In this document: positions 1-9,297 of the stretch, one piece after another
Layout: every line of letters begins with the position of its first letter
Position numbering within the stretch: position 1 is the first letter of the stretch
Source of the DNA: an uncultured Bacillota bacterium
GTDB taxonomy: Bacteria > Bacillota > Clostridia > Lachnospirales > CAG-274
Reading direction: 5' to 3'
DNA: 64,000 nucleotides
Assembly: GCA_958426775.1 (NCBI GenBank)
Contig: CATZZP010000001.1
Location: 38,299-102,298 of the forward strand
Notes under the pieces: generated by a model
The model's database searches: none
The model's input: only the letters and a program-made list of their open reading frames with translations
Told to the model about the DNA's origin: nothing
Translations under genes and position numbers: made by a program

Positions 1-5
1 TAATT

Positions 6-1205
6 ATGGAAAGATTTTTTAATACACTTACTATACTTGCCTTTGTGCTTATTATCTTCGGTGTGGGCTATACTACTATTTTCGGTGAGCATACAGAGGA
101 TAAATCCTTTTATGAAAACCGATATTTGGAAAAGCCTGTACCCCTTACATGGGAAAGCTATACTTCGGGAGAGTTTACAAAAAAGGCGGAAAAGGCTTTT
201 TCCGACCATATAATGAACAGAGATGAGCTTTTAAAGCTTTACACTAAGTTAAACCGCAGTGTTTTAGGTAAAACAGAGGTAAACAAGGTGGTTTTTGGTG
301 AGGGTGTTCTTTTGCCCTATTATTCCACAAACAGCTTTGACAAGGATAAAACCGACAGGGAGATAGAGGAAATGACTGCTTCTCTTGTAAGGCTTGATGC
401 TTTGGTTGAGGAAAACGGTGGTAAGCTTGTATTTGCAGCCATACCTGCTCAGTTTTCCTTATATAACGACAAATTTCCCGACTATGTATGTACCTATTCA
501 CCTAAGCTTGATTATGTAAGAGAGCATTTTTTAACGGGACTTGAGGAAAAGGGTGTGGATTGTATTGATTTTAAAGAGGTCTATTCACAAAGAGAGGATA
601 AGGACAGGCTCTACTTCAAAACAGACCACCATTTTACCTGCTATGGTGCATTTGCGGCATATCAGGAGATAATGAAAGCCTTTAATAATAAAAGCTTAAA
701 GGTGCTTACAGAAGAGGAAATGGATTATAAGACCGTAGATAATGCTTTTTTAGGCTCTATGTCAAGAAAGATTTACGATATTTATCCTCATGAGGATAAG
801 CTTACAATTTGCTATCCCAAGGAGCAGATACCCTTTAAGCGTTACGATAACGGTCAGCAGGTAGCGGCAGAGCTTTTTAAGCTGCCCGAGGAAGGAAAGT
901 ATGCAGACTATGAGAGCTTTATGGGTGTAGACAGAGGCGAGGTTATTATTGATACCGAAAGACCTGACCTTCCCTCAGTGCTTATATTCGGTGACTCTTA
1001 CACAAACGGAATAGAAACCCTGCTTTACTACGGCTTTGATAAAATGTATTCCCTTGATTGCAGATATTATAAGACAATGAGCGTTGCCGATTATATCAAG
1101 GAAAAGAAGCCTGACTATGTGGTATACGTAAGAGATGATACTATTTATTTAAGCAGAGAAAATAACGGAGATTTCTTTGGAGAATATAAGGAGAGTGACA
1201 AGTAA
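6..1205 (+). CDS. Membrane-anchored DHHW/AlgJ-AlgX-like (SGNH-fold) protein, putative polysaccharide O-acyltransferase accessory component
   Basis: 399 aa ORF with an N-terminal TM helix (LTILAFVLIIFGVGYTTIF). Contains the motif KTDHHFTCYG, which resembles the DHHW-family / AlgJ-type catalytic motif. The family call is from memory of the motif only. Confidence 0.4.
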   Translation: MERFFNTLTILAFVLIIFGVGYTTIFGEHTEDKSFYENRYLEKPVPLTWESYTSGEFTKKAEKAFSDHIMNRDELLKLYTKLNRSVLGKTEVNKVVFGEGVLLPYYSTNSFDKDKTDREIEEMTASLVRLDALVEENGGKLVFAAIPAQFSLYNDKFPDYVCTYSPKLDYVREHFLTGLEEKGVDCIDFKEVYSQREDKDRLYFKTDHHFTCYGAFAAYQEIMKAFNNKSLKVLTEEEMDYKTVDNAFLGSMSRKIYDIYPHEDKLTICYPKEQIPFKRYDNGQQVAAELFKLPEEGKYADYESFMGVDRGEVIIDTERPDLPSVLIFGDSYTNGIETLLYYGFDKMYSLDCRYYKTMSVADYIKEKKPDYVVYVRDDTIYLSRENNGDFFGEYKESDK

Positions 1206-1206
1206 A

Positions 1207-2142
1207 ATGAAATATGCTATAATGGGTTCCGGAGGTACAGGCGGCTGTATAGGCGGATATTTAGCCAATACGGGCTGTGATGTTACCATGATTGCAAGAG
1301 GTAAACACCTTAAAGCAATTAAGGAAAAGGGTTTAACTCTTGAAACCTCTGAAAAAGGCACATTTAACCTTAAGATTAAGGCGTGTGGGGCAGAGGAATA
1401 TAAGGATAAGGCAGATGTTATTTTTGTCTGTGTAAAATATTACTCCGTAGATGAGGCTGTTGAGTTTATTAAAAAAGCCTCTCATAAATATACGGTAGTT
1501 ATACCCATACTTAATGTATTCGGCACAGGTGCGTATATACAGGAAAAGGTGGGAGCTTTAACCGTAACAGACGGCTGTGTATATATCTATAGCTTTATTA
1601 AGGAATACGGAGTAATAGCAAAGCCCTCTGATATTTTTAAGGTATACTTCGGTTTAAGAGAGGGACAGGACAAAAAAGCTCTACCTATATTGGAAAGGGT
1701 TAAGGAGGATTTGGCGAAATCGGGTATTGAGCCTTATCTTTCCCATAACATTAAAAAGGACACCTTCCGCAAGTTTACCTATATTTCACCTGTGGCAAGT
1801 GCAGGGCTTTACTGTAATGCAACAGCAGGGGATTTTATTAAAGAGGGTGAAGCAAGAACAATCCTGATTGCTCTTACGGAGGAATTGCTTGCCTTAGGCA
1901 AGGCTATGGGTATAGAATACAGGGAGGATATGGTACAAACCAATCTTGATATTATAGCAGGCTTAAAGCCTGATGCAGATACCTCAATGCAGAGGGATAT
2001 TGCAAAGGGCAATAAGTCTGAAATAGAAGGACTTTTACACCAAATAGTAAGATGGGGCAAGGAGTACAACGTGCCTATGCCTACCTACGAAATGGTGTCA
2101 TATAAATATAAAAAATTAAAAAAGGGAGTGGGTTGTTTATGA
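1207..2142 (+). CDS. panE: 2-dehydropantoate 2-reductase (ketopantoate reductase, ApbA/PanE family)
   Basis: N-terminal Rossmann motif MKYAIMGSGGTGGCIGGYLA and ~310 aa length are typical of PanE/ApbA. ATG at 1207 lies 13 nt after AAGGAG; the ORF-track start at 1177 is an upstream in-frame extension. The stop TGA (2140-2142) overlaps the ATG of the next gene (ATGA overlap). Confidence 0.7.
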   Translation: MKYAIMGSGGTGGCIGGYLANTGCDVTMIARGKHLKAIKEKGLTLETSEKGTFNLKIKACGAEEYKDKADVIFVCVKYYSVDEAVEFIKKASHKYTVVIPILNVFGTGAYIQEKVGALTVTDGCVYIYSFIKEYGVIAKPSDIFKVYFGLREGQDKKALPILERVKEDLAKSGIEPYLSHNIKKDTFRKFTYISPVASAGLYCNATAGDFIKEGEARTILIALTEELLALGKAMGIEYREDMVQTNLDIIAGLKPDADTSMQRDIAKGNKSEIEGLLHQIVRWGKEYNVPMPTYEMVSYKYKKLKKGVGCL

Positions 2143-3175
2143 AAAGATTTATTGCATTGTGTATGACAGGTATTATGCTGATGTCAAGCCCTGTGCTTGC
2201 AGGGGACATTATTTACAATGGTGAGGCTATCGGCTATAGCTCTCAGAAGCCTGTTATTGTTGAGGGCAGAACTTATGTGCCTATAAGGGATGTGTTTGAA
2301 CAGCTTGCTTTACGGTAGAGTGGGACAGAGACAGTAAGGTTGTAAGTATGCGGAATGAATACTATTGCATTTTCCTTACAACCGTTACAAGCAAGATGTT
2401 TGTATTTGATTTAAGCTATATTTCTAACAGTAAAAAGCTTGAAAATGAGGTTAAAGTTATTGAAGGCAGAACCATGCTGCCTTTGAGAGAAATTTTAGAG
2501 GCTGTCGGCTATGAGCTTACCTGGGACGAAGCTACTAAAACTACAACTATTACTGATGTAAATGCTTATGATGCTTTAGATGCTTATGATGAAGCTTATA
2601 AGGTAAATGAGTTAGAGCCTTATGAGGTTGATACAAAAAATTCTGTAGGCACTCTTACAAAGGAGGAGAAAGCATACCTTGAAAATTATTATAAGGTTTG
2701 TGAGTATGCTCCTGATACTGAGGTGGATATGGAAGAACTTTCTTTAACAGAGCTGAAAGAGCTTATTAATGAATATGTTAAGACTTTAAATGACAAGCTT
2801 GATGAAGTACCTTGTCCAGACAGCCTTGAAGGATTTGATAAGGCTGTAAGAGCTGACTTTAGGGAGAGTTTTGATTTTGTCATAAGTTATAAGGAGAGTA
2901 TGGACTTACTTGAGGGTGAAACTGAGGAGTTTTATAATAGTATTAGCTTTGTTTTGTATTTAGGAACAACAGTGGGTCTTAATGCTGTAGATGCTGATAC
3001 AACATTTATGCTCAGAGATATTATGACCGAGAGAAATATTGATGTTAAAGCAGAGTTAGGAGAAGACTTTATGTATCTTATAGGCGATTATTCGTATGAT
3101 GAAGAAAACTCGGAGGAGGATGAAAAGTCAGAAGAGGCTGCCGAGGAAACAACCGAGGAAGTAACGGAGGCTTAA
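2139..3175 (+). pseudogene. Frameshifted copy of secreted paralog family (signal peptide + 2 copper-amine-oxidase-N-terminal-like domains + acidic C-terminal domain)
   Basis: ORF 2133..2318 (MKRFIALCMTGIMLMSSPVLAG...EQLALR*) and ORF 2348..3175 are the N- and C-terminal halves of one paralog. In the +1 frame the sequence continues ...EQLGFTVEWDRDSKVV..., matching ...EQLGFQVEW... in the intact copies. A single-nucleotide loss in cttg(g)ctttacgg at about 2303-2308 splits the gene. Confidence 0.6.
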
Positions 3176-3230
3176 TATTTATTAAGGGGATAAGACTTAT
3201 TCCAAAGTTTATATAATAAGGAGTGTTTAT

Positions 3231-4274
3231 ATGAAAAGATTTATTGCATTATGTATGACAGGTATTATGCTTATGTCAAGCCCTGTGCTTGCAGGGGACA
3301 TAATATATGAGGGAGAGGAAATTATCTACACCTCACAGGAGCCTGTTATTATTGACGGTACCACCTATGTGCCTATAAGAGATGTGTTTGAGGCACTTGG
3401 CTTTGAAGTAGAGTGGGTTGATGAATGTAAGATAGCAACCCTTTCAGGCTATCATCATGGAATTTTACTTACAGCAGATACAAGCAAAATGTTTATAACT
3501 GATTATAACTGTATGCACAAGGCAAAAAAACTTGAAAATGAGGTTAAAATCATTAACGGCAGAACTATGTTGCCCCTAAGAGAAATTTTAGAGGCTGTAG
3601 GCTATGAGCTTGAATGGGATTCAGCGACAAAGACTACAACCATAATAGATGTAAATGATTATGATGCTATAGAGTCTGCTATCGAAAACCAAATGACTAT
3701 TCAGACTTTAATGGCCTATGAGGTTGACACCACAAGGGATAAAGGCACTTTGACAGATGAGGAAAAGGCATATATTGAAAACTATGTAGAGGCAGGCAAA
3801 GAAAGCTTTTTTGTTAAATATGATGAAGCAATTGCCATGCCTGCAGATGAGCTTAAAAAGACCCTTGAAGAAAATGTTAAGGTTGCCAACGCTAAGCTTG
3901 ATAAGGTGCCTTGTCCCGACAGCCTTAAGGAGTTTGATAAAGCAGTTAAGGAAAGCAATTCTGTCCAAATTGGTTACTCAATTAATTTCAGAGAGGCATA
4001 TGACCTTCTTGATTATGAAAGTGAGGATGCCAAGGATTATATTTCATATTGTTTAATGGAGTTTACCATAGACGGTATGAACTATGCCAGGATAGCTTCA
4101 AAAATACCTCTCAGTAAATTTTTTACAGAACGAAATATTGATGCTGAAGCGGAGCTTGGAGAGGAGTTTGCAAATTATTATATTTTTTATTACCTCGATG
4201 ACTCTGATGACGGTATGAGTTATGAGGAAATATCAGACCTTGTAGAAAAGGAAATGGCAGACACAAAGGATTAA
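3231..4274 (+). CDS. Secreted protein, paralog family member 2 (two Cu-amine-oxidase N-terminal-like domains + acidic C-terminal domain with VPCPDSLK motif)
   Basis: 347 aa. Signal peptide MKRFIALCMTGIMLMSSPVLAG. Repeats GTTYVPIRDVFEALGFEVEW and INGRTMLPLREILEAVGYELEWD resemble the Cu_amine_oxidN1-type domain common in clostridial surface proteins. Conserved C-terminal motifs VPCPDSLKEFDKAV and FTERNIDAEAELGEEF, ending in an acidic tail. Own RBS AAGGAG. Confidence 0.7.
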   Translation: MKRFIALCMTGIMLMSSPVLAGDIIYEGEEIIYTSQEPVIIDGTTYVPIRDVFEALGFEVEWVDECKIATLSGYHHGILLTADTSKMFITDYNCMHKAKKLENEVKIINGRTMLPLREILEAVGYELEWDSATKTTTIIDVNDYDAIESAIENQMTIQTLMAYEVDTTRDKGTLTDEEKAYIENYVEAGKESFFVKYDEAIAMPADELKKTLEENVKVANAKLDKVPCPDSLKEFDKAVKESNSVQIGYSINFREAYDLLDYESEDAKDYISYCLMEFTIDGMNYARIASKIPLSKFFTERNIDAEAELGEEFANYYIFYYLDDSDDGMSYEEISDLVEKEMADTKD

Positions 4275-4297
4275 TTAATGTACAAGGAGAGTTATTT

Positions 4298-5335
4298 ATG
4301 AAAAGATTTATTGCATTGTGTATGACAGGTATTATGCTGATGTCAAGCACTGTATTTGCAGAGGGTATAATATATGAGGGAGAGAAAATAACCTACACCT
4401 CCCAAGAGCCTGTTATAATTGAGGGCAGAACCTATGTACCTATAAGGGATGTGTTTGAACAGCTTGGCTTTCAGGTAGAGTGGTTTGAGGAAGAAAAGCT
4501 GGTAGCTGTTTTAGGTGATTATGCAGTTATGCTTACAACAGATACAAGCAAAATGTTTGTAACTGATTATAATTATATACACAAGGCAAAAAAGCTTGAA
4601 AATAAAGTAAAAATTATTAACGGCAGAACTATGCTGCCTCTGAGGGAGATTTTAGAGGCTGTAGGTTACGAGCTTGAATGGGATGCGACTACAAAGACAA
4701 CAACTGTAATTGATACAAATGATTATGAGTCTATATGGGCTGCTGTAGAAAAGCGTGATATAATAGACAACCTAAATGTATATGAGGTTGATACTACAAA
4801 GCCCTCAGGTACCCTTACAGAGGAAGAAAAGGCATATCTTAAAAACTATATAAATGCGGCGGAAAAGGCTGCTATATCAGTTGGAGATGTTTCACAGTTA
4901 TCTGTAGAAGAAATTAAAAGGCTTTTTGAGGAACAGATTAAGGCTGTAGAGGAGGAGCTTGACGCTGTACCATGCCCTGACAGTCTTAAGGACTTTGATA
5001 AGGGCGTTAGAGAGTCTTTTAGTGCTATCGGCGACTATTTTGTTAACTTCAGAGAAACTTATACACTTCTGGAGGACGAGAGTTCTGAGGTTAATGCTGT
5101 GCTGGTATATAATTTGTTTGCTTGGACACTGAAAGGTGCAAGCTATTCAGTTCAAAATATTTCGGTGCTTTTTGACGATTTATTTACAGAACGGAATATT
5201 GATATTAAGTCAGAGCTTGGAGAAGATTTTTATGAAGGGTATATTTCGTACTTTTTGGATGATTCTGACGGAACAGTAAGCTATGAGGAAGCGTCTGATA
5301 TTGTTGAAAAGAACTTTGAAACCACACAGGAGTAA
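4298..5335 (+). CDS. Secreted protein, paralog family member 3
   Basis: 345 aa, same architecture as member 2. The first ~200 nt are ~85% identical to member 2 at the nucleotide level; motifs VPCPDSLKDFDKGV and FTERNIDIKSELGEDF are present; RBS AAGGAGAG. Confidence 0.7.
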   Translation: MKRFIALCMTGIMLMSSTVFAEGIIYEGEKITYTSQEPVIIEGRTYVPIRDVFEQLGFQVEWFEEEKLVAVLGDYAVMLTTDTSKMFVTDYNYIHKAKKLENKVKIINGRTMLPLREILEAVGYELEWDATTKTTTVIDTNDYESIWAAVEKRDIIDNLNVYEVDTTKPSGTLTEEEKAYLKNYINAAEKAAISVGDVSQLSVEEIKRLFEEQIKAVEEELDAVPCPDSLKDFDKGVRESFSAIGDYFVNFRETYTLLEDESSEVNAVLVYNLFAWTLKGASYSVQNISVLFDDLFTERNIDIKSELGEDFYEGYISYFLDDSDGTVSYEEASDIVEKNFETTQE

Positions 5336-5426
5336 TTAAACTGACTTATATACCATCAATACATTATATGTATTAAAGATGTGTTTTTAAGTATAAAAAA
5401 TATTCATAAATAAGGAGGAGATTATT

Positions 5427-6458
5427 ATGAAAAAATTTATTGCGACATGTATGGCGGGGGTTATGCTTATGTCAAGCCCTGTGTTTGCAGAGGGGATTGT
5501 TTACAACGGCGAGGCAATTACCTATTCATCACAGGAGCCTGTAATTATTGACGGAAGGACTTATGTACCTATCAGGGACGTTTTTGAAAAGCTGGGCTTC
5601 AGCGTAAATTGGGATGCGGACAATAAAATAGTTACAATAAATAATGATTACTACAATTTTATACTTACTACAGTTACAAGCAAACTTATTTACATGGATG
5701 TTGAGCTTAACATATCAGGTACTGAGTTAGAGAATTCCGTTAAAATTATAAATGACAAAACCATGCTTCCTTTAAGGGAAATCCTTGAAAAGGCTAACTA
5801 TGAGCTTGAATGGGACGCTGAAACCAAAACTACAACTATTATTGATAAAAATGATTATGTTAAGTTAAATGAAACTTTAGAAAAATTGAATGCCGAGGAT
5901 ACCGACCTTACTTCATTATCCGAGGTTTACAAGGTTGATACAACAAAGCCTGTAGGTAAGCTTACTGAGGAGGAAAAGGCATATCTCCTTAATATGATTA
6001 ATATGGAAAAAGAGGATTTAACAGACGAAATTGACCTTGAGGGCATGACAAGCACCCAGGCAGAATATGAGGTTAATAAGTTAATTGATAAGTATTATGA
6101 GGTTTTAGATGAAGTACCTTGCCCTGACAGCCTTAAAGAGATAGACGCCCTTGTAAGAGAAAGCTATGAAAAAATGGGTGGGTTAATGGTACACAACGTT
6201 AAAATGGAGGAGCTTCTTGAAGGCGAAACCGATGCAGTTAAGGAGGAATTGGGCTTTTCTATAGGTATGCTTAGTTTAGGCTCATTAATCTACATTGCAG
6301 ACGAGCTTAATGATGCAGTTAATAACTTCTATGCCGAAAGAAATATTGATGTTGAGGCAGAACTTGGCATTTCAACAGATACAGAATTTGAAGTTGATAT
6401 GGAGGATGTTGAAATAGCACCCGGCTATGAGGTTAATATTGAACCTTCAGAGGAGTAA
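5427..6458 (+). CDS. Secreted protein, paralog family member 4 (more diverged)
   Basis: 343 aa. Signal peptide MKKFIATCMAGVMLMSSPVFAEG, two GRTYVPIRDVF / KTMLPLREILE domains, VPCPDSLKEIDALV and FYAERNIDVEAELG motifs, acidic tail. RBS AAGGAGGAG. Confidence 0.7.
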   Translation: MKKFIATCMAGVMLMSSPVFAEGIVYNGEAITYSSQEPVIIDGRTYVPIRDVFEKLGFSVNWDADNKIVTINNDYYNFILTTVTSKLIYMDVELNISGTELENSVKIINDKTMLPLREILEKANYELEWDAETKTTTIIDKNDYVKLNETLEKLNAEDTDLTSLSEVYKVDTTKPVGKLTEEEKAYLLNMINMEKEDLTDEIDLEGMTSTQAEYEVNKLIDKYYEVLDEVPCPDSLKEIDALVRESYEKMGGLMVHNVKMEELLEGETDAVKEELGFSIGMLSLGSLIYIADELNDAVNNFYAERNIDVEAELGISTDTEFEVDMEDVEIAPGYEVNIEPSEE

Positions 6459-6476
6459 TAATTTTTAGGAGTACAT

Positions 6477-6992
6477 ATGGAAAATAACTTTATTATAGGA
6501 AAAATCGTAAATACACAGGGTATAAAGGGTGAGGTAAGGGTTATTCCCGAAACTGACGATATTACACGCTTTGAGCTTTTAGACAGTGTCCTTATTTTAA
6601 GACGTGGTATATTAGAGGAAAAGAAAATTCAAGGTGTAAGGTATCACAAGCAGTTTGTGCTTTTAAAGCTGGATGGTATTAATGATATGACAACGGCAGA
6701 GGGCTATAAAAATTGTGAGTTGCAGATACCTGCCGAAAAGGCTTTGCCCTGCGGTGAGAACGAGTACTATATAAGGGATTTGTACGGTATGGCAGTATAT
6801 ACTGAGGAGGGGGAGCTTTTAGGCTCTCTCTCCGATATACTCTTTACAGGGGCAAATGATGTATATGTGGTGCAAAGTGCCGACCCTGATAAAAAGGATA
6901 TTTTATTACCTGCAATAAAGCAATGTATACTTAACGTAGATGTTAAGGAAAAGAAAATGACAGTTAAAATACCGGAGGGACTTTTAGAATGA
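6477..6992 (+). CDS. rimM: 16S rRNA processing protein RimM
   Basis: 171 aa. N-terminus IIGKIVNTQGIKGEVRV and a PRC-barrel C-terminal region are characteristic of RimM. RBS AGGAG 9 nt upstream. Followed by trmD with an ATGA overlap, the conserved gene order. Confidence 0.8.
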   Translation: MENNFIIGKIVNTQGIKGEVRVIPETDDITRFELLDSVLILRRGILEEKKIQGVRYHKQFVLLKLDGINDMTTAEGYKNCELQIPAEKALPCGENEYYIRDLYGMAVYTEEGELLGSLSDILFTGANDVYVVQSADPDKKDILLPAIKQCILNVDVKEKKMTVKIPEGLLE

Positions 6993-7717
6993 GGTTTTAC
7001 GTGCTTACCCTTTTTCCTGAAATGGTAGCTGAAGGCTTGAGCCACAGTGTAATAGGCAGAGCCTTAAAGGATAAAACTATTGAGCTTGAGGCTGTTAATA
7101 TAAGGAATTTTGCCAACAATAAGCATAATACGGTTGACGATTATCCCTACGGCGGCGGTGCAGGTATGGTAATGCAGGCACCGCCTATTTACAATGCCTA
7201 CTTAAGCATTAAGGATAGGGTTAAGGAGGGCTGTCGTGTTGTATATATGACACCACAGGGCAAAACCTTTAACCAGTCCATGGCACAGGAGCTGTCGGGA
7301 GAAGAAGAGCTTATTATCCTTTGCGGACACTATGAGGGTGTAGATGAAAGAGTTATAGAGGAAATTGTAACAGATGAAATTTCCATAGGGGACTATGTGC
7401 TTACAGGCGGTGAGCTTGCGGCTATGGCGGTTATTGACTCTGTATCAAGGCTTATACCCGGTGTACTTAATAAGGAGGAAAGTCACCTTGACGAAACCTT
7501 TTCCGATAACCTTTTGGAGTATCCCCAGTATACAAGACCTGCCGAGTTTTTGGGCAGAAAAGTGCCTGAGGTGCTTTTAAGCGGTAACCACGGTATGGTA
7601 GATAAATGGAGAAGAGAAAAAGCCCTTGAAAGAACCCTGAAAAAACGCCCCGAATTATTGAAAAATGCTAACCTTACGGATAAGGAAAGGGAATATATAC
7701 AAAAATTTAAGGATTAA
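6989..7717 (+). CDS. trmD: tRNA (guanine37-N1)-methyltransferase TrmD
   Basis: 242 aa, MRFYVLTLFPEM..., SPOUT-class TrmD signature, adjacent to rimM. Confidence 0.85.
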   Translation: MRFYVLTLFPEMVAEGLSHSVIGRALKDKTIELEAVNIRNFANNKHNTVDDYPYGGGAGMVMQAPPIYNAYLSIKDRVKEGCRVVYMTPQGKTFNQSMAQELSGEEELIILCGHYEGVDERVIEEIVTDEISIGDYVLTGGELAAMAVIDSVSRLIPGVLNKEESHLDETFSDNLLEYPQYTRPAEFLGRKVPEVLLSGNHGMVDKWRREKALERTLKKRPELLKNANLTDKEREYIQKFKD

Positions 7718-8260
7718 TAAAGCTTTATTTTATAAAGGCATAGAGTAAAAATGACAAAGTCTAAAAAAACAACTACCGGTATCTTTATTGGATTATGTGC
7801 GGAAGTTTCAGAGATGTTTTTTAAGGAGATTTTACGGAGGCTTTAATATTTGTATATTATATGCCTTGTACTGGTTTTAGTTACGGAAATACTTAAATCA
7901 TATGAGCTGATAAAATGAACTAAAGGCAATAAACGGAGTACAAACAAGTGCAGATGAAAACAAAAACATATTAACATAAACAGTAAAACTTAAATTGTGT
8001 CAATAGAAAATTAAAGGAAATATACGGTAGATATTAAGGATATAAATTAAATACAATTATTATACTTAAAATATAGAATAATGAGTTATATAATATAAAT
8101 ATAAGTATGGTTTTATAAATAACATGGTGTTAGAAATGTTAACATGGAAAGACTAATATGTACTATAAAAAATATTGAAGTGAAAGAAGGTGTGCAAGTT
8201 GAAAATATGGCGGTAAATAGTGTGTTTATGTGTTATGTGAAAGGAGATTAAAATCAAAAG

Positions 8261-8392
8261 ATGTCGGTGATGGATTATAATAATGACGGAATTGTTGATA
8301 GTCAAGATGTATTTGTTGATTTATCGGCATATATTGATGTTAATAGTCCTATGGAATTAGCAGTTCTTTTAAATGATGAGGAGGTGCTTTGA
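8261..8392 (+). CDS. Putative 43-aa mini-ORF encoding a single dockerin-like Ca-binding repeat (speculative)
   Basis: ATG at 8261 is preceded by AAAGGAG (8241-8247). Translation MSVMDYNNDGIVDSQDVFVDLSAYIDVNSPMELAVLLNDEEVL contains a DxNxDGxVxxxD dockerin/EF-hand-like loop. It ends 1 nt before the ATG of the downstream dockerin protein and is in a different frame from it. Confidence 0.2.
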   Translation: MSVMDYNNDGIVDSQDVFVDLSAYIDVNSPMELAVLLNDEEVL

Positions 8393-8393
8393 T

Positions 8394-9206
8394 ATGAAAA
8401 AACTATTATTTATTTTAACTACTGCAGTAGGTGCATTTTCCTTATCTCTTACAGCCTTTGCTTCAGAGGATTTTACTTTTAATAACGGCTGTATTGAAAA
8501 ATATAACGGTACAGAGGAATATATAGTTATCCCTGCAGAAATTAACGGTGAAAAGGTAACAAGTCTGGGCGTGAATGCTTTTGCTGACAACGATGTAGTA
8601 AAAAGTATTACTATCCCTGCTACCGTAGAGGAAATAGGCACGGAAAATATGGGTGACTACGGCTTATACCCATTTTTAAATACCCCTTGCTTAGAGGAGA
8701 TTAAGGTTGAAGAGGGAAATCCTGTATTTACTGATATTGACGGTGTCCTTATAAACAGTAATACAGGGGAGTTACTCTTTTACCCTGCCAATAAAGCAGG
8801 TTCAAGCTACACTATACCCGAACAGGTTAAAACAGTAAGAACATTGGCTATAAATAAGTACAATAACCTTACTGATTTATATGTATATAATTCACAGGTT
8901 GAATTTGGCACCTTTGCTATAGGGTACGGAGATAATCTGACTGTGCATTGCATCAAGGGAAGCGTTGCCGAAAGCTATTGTAAGAATTCATTTAATATAC
9001 TTTACATTGTTGAAAAGGGTGATATAGATGGGGATAATTTCGTAACCGCATCGGACGCCTCAACACTTTTAACTAATTTGCTTAACAATACCGTAAATGA
9101 AACCATAAGTAATTATGCAGATATAGCTGATGCAGACGGTGACGGAGGTATAACCTCAAATGATTGTGCGACAATTCTGACTATTGTATTGAATGGTCAG
9201 GCTTGA
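8394..9206 (+). CDS. Secreted leucine-rich-repeat (BspA-like) protein with C-terminal type-I dockerin domain
   Basis: Signal peptide MKKLLFILTTAVGAFSLSLTAFA; LRR-like segments (ITIPATVEEIG, LEEIKVEEGNPVF...). The C-terminus carries two dockerin Ca-binding repeats, DIDGDNFVTASDASTLL and DADGDGGITSNDCATIL. Start chosen at 8394 (GAGGAGG at 8378-8384); the ORF-track start 8373 is inside the SD. Confidence 0.7.
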   Translation: MKKLLFILTTAVGAFSLSLTAFASEDFTFNNGCIEKYNGTEEYIVIPAEINGEKVTSLGVNAFADNDVVKSITIPATVEEIGTENMGDYGLYPFLNTPCLEEIKVEEGNPVFTDIDGVLINSNTGELLFYPANKAGSSYTIPEQVKTVRTLAINKYNNLTDLYVYNSQVEFGTFAIGYGDNLTVHCIKGSVAESYCKNSFNILYIVEKGDIDGDNFVTASDASTLLTNLLNNTVNETISNYADIADADGDGGITSNDCATILTIVLNGQA

Positions 9207-9297
9207 TATTTTGTCAATAGAAAAGTTTAAAGAAAAATATACAAAAAATTAACCTTTTTTTCTAAAATCTATATATGATATTTTATGGCGGAATTTG

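Noticed and set aside
2133-3175. Two separate genes (61 aa and 275 aa) as given by the ORF track
   Set aside because: They are collinear with the intact paralogs and separated by a 1-nt frameshift. The 2348 Met is internal (within ...VSMRNEYY...). They are annotated as one pseudogene.
7718-8260. Possible missing rplS or an ncRNA in the AT-rich gap after trmD
   Set aside because: No ORF resembling L19 and no recognisable structured RNA lie in the gap; only AT-rich sequence. rplS must be encoded elsewhere.
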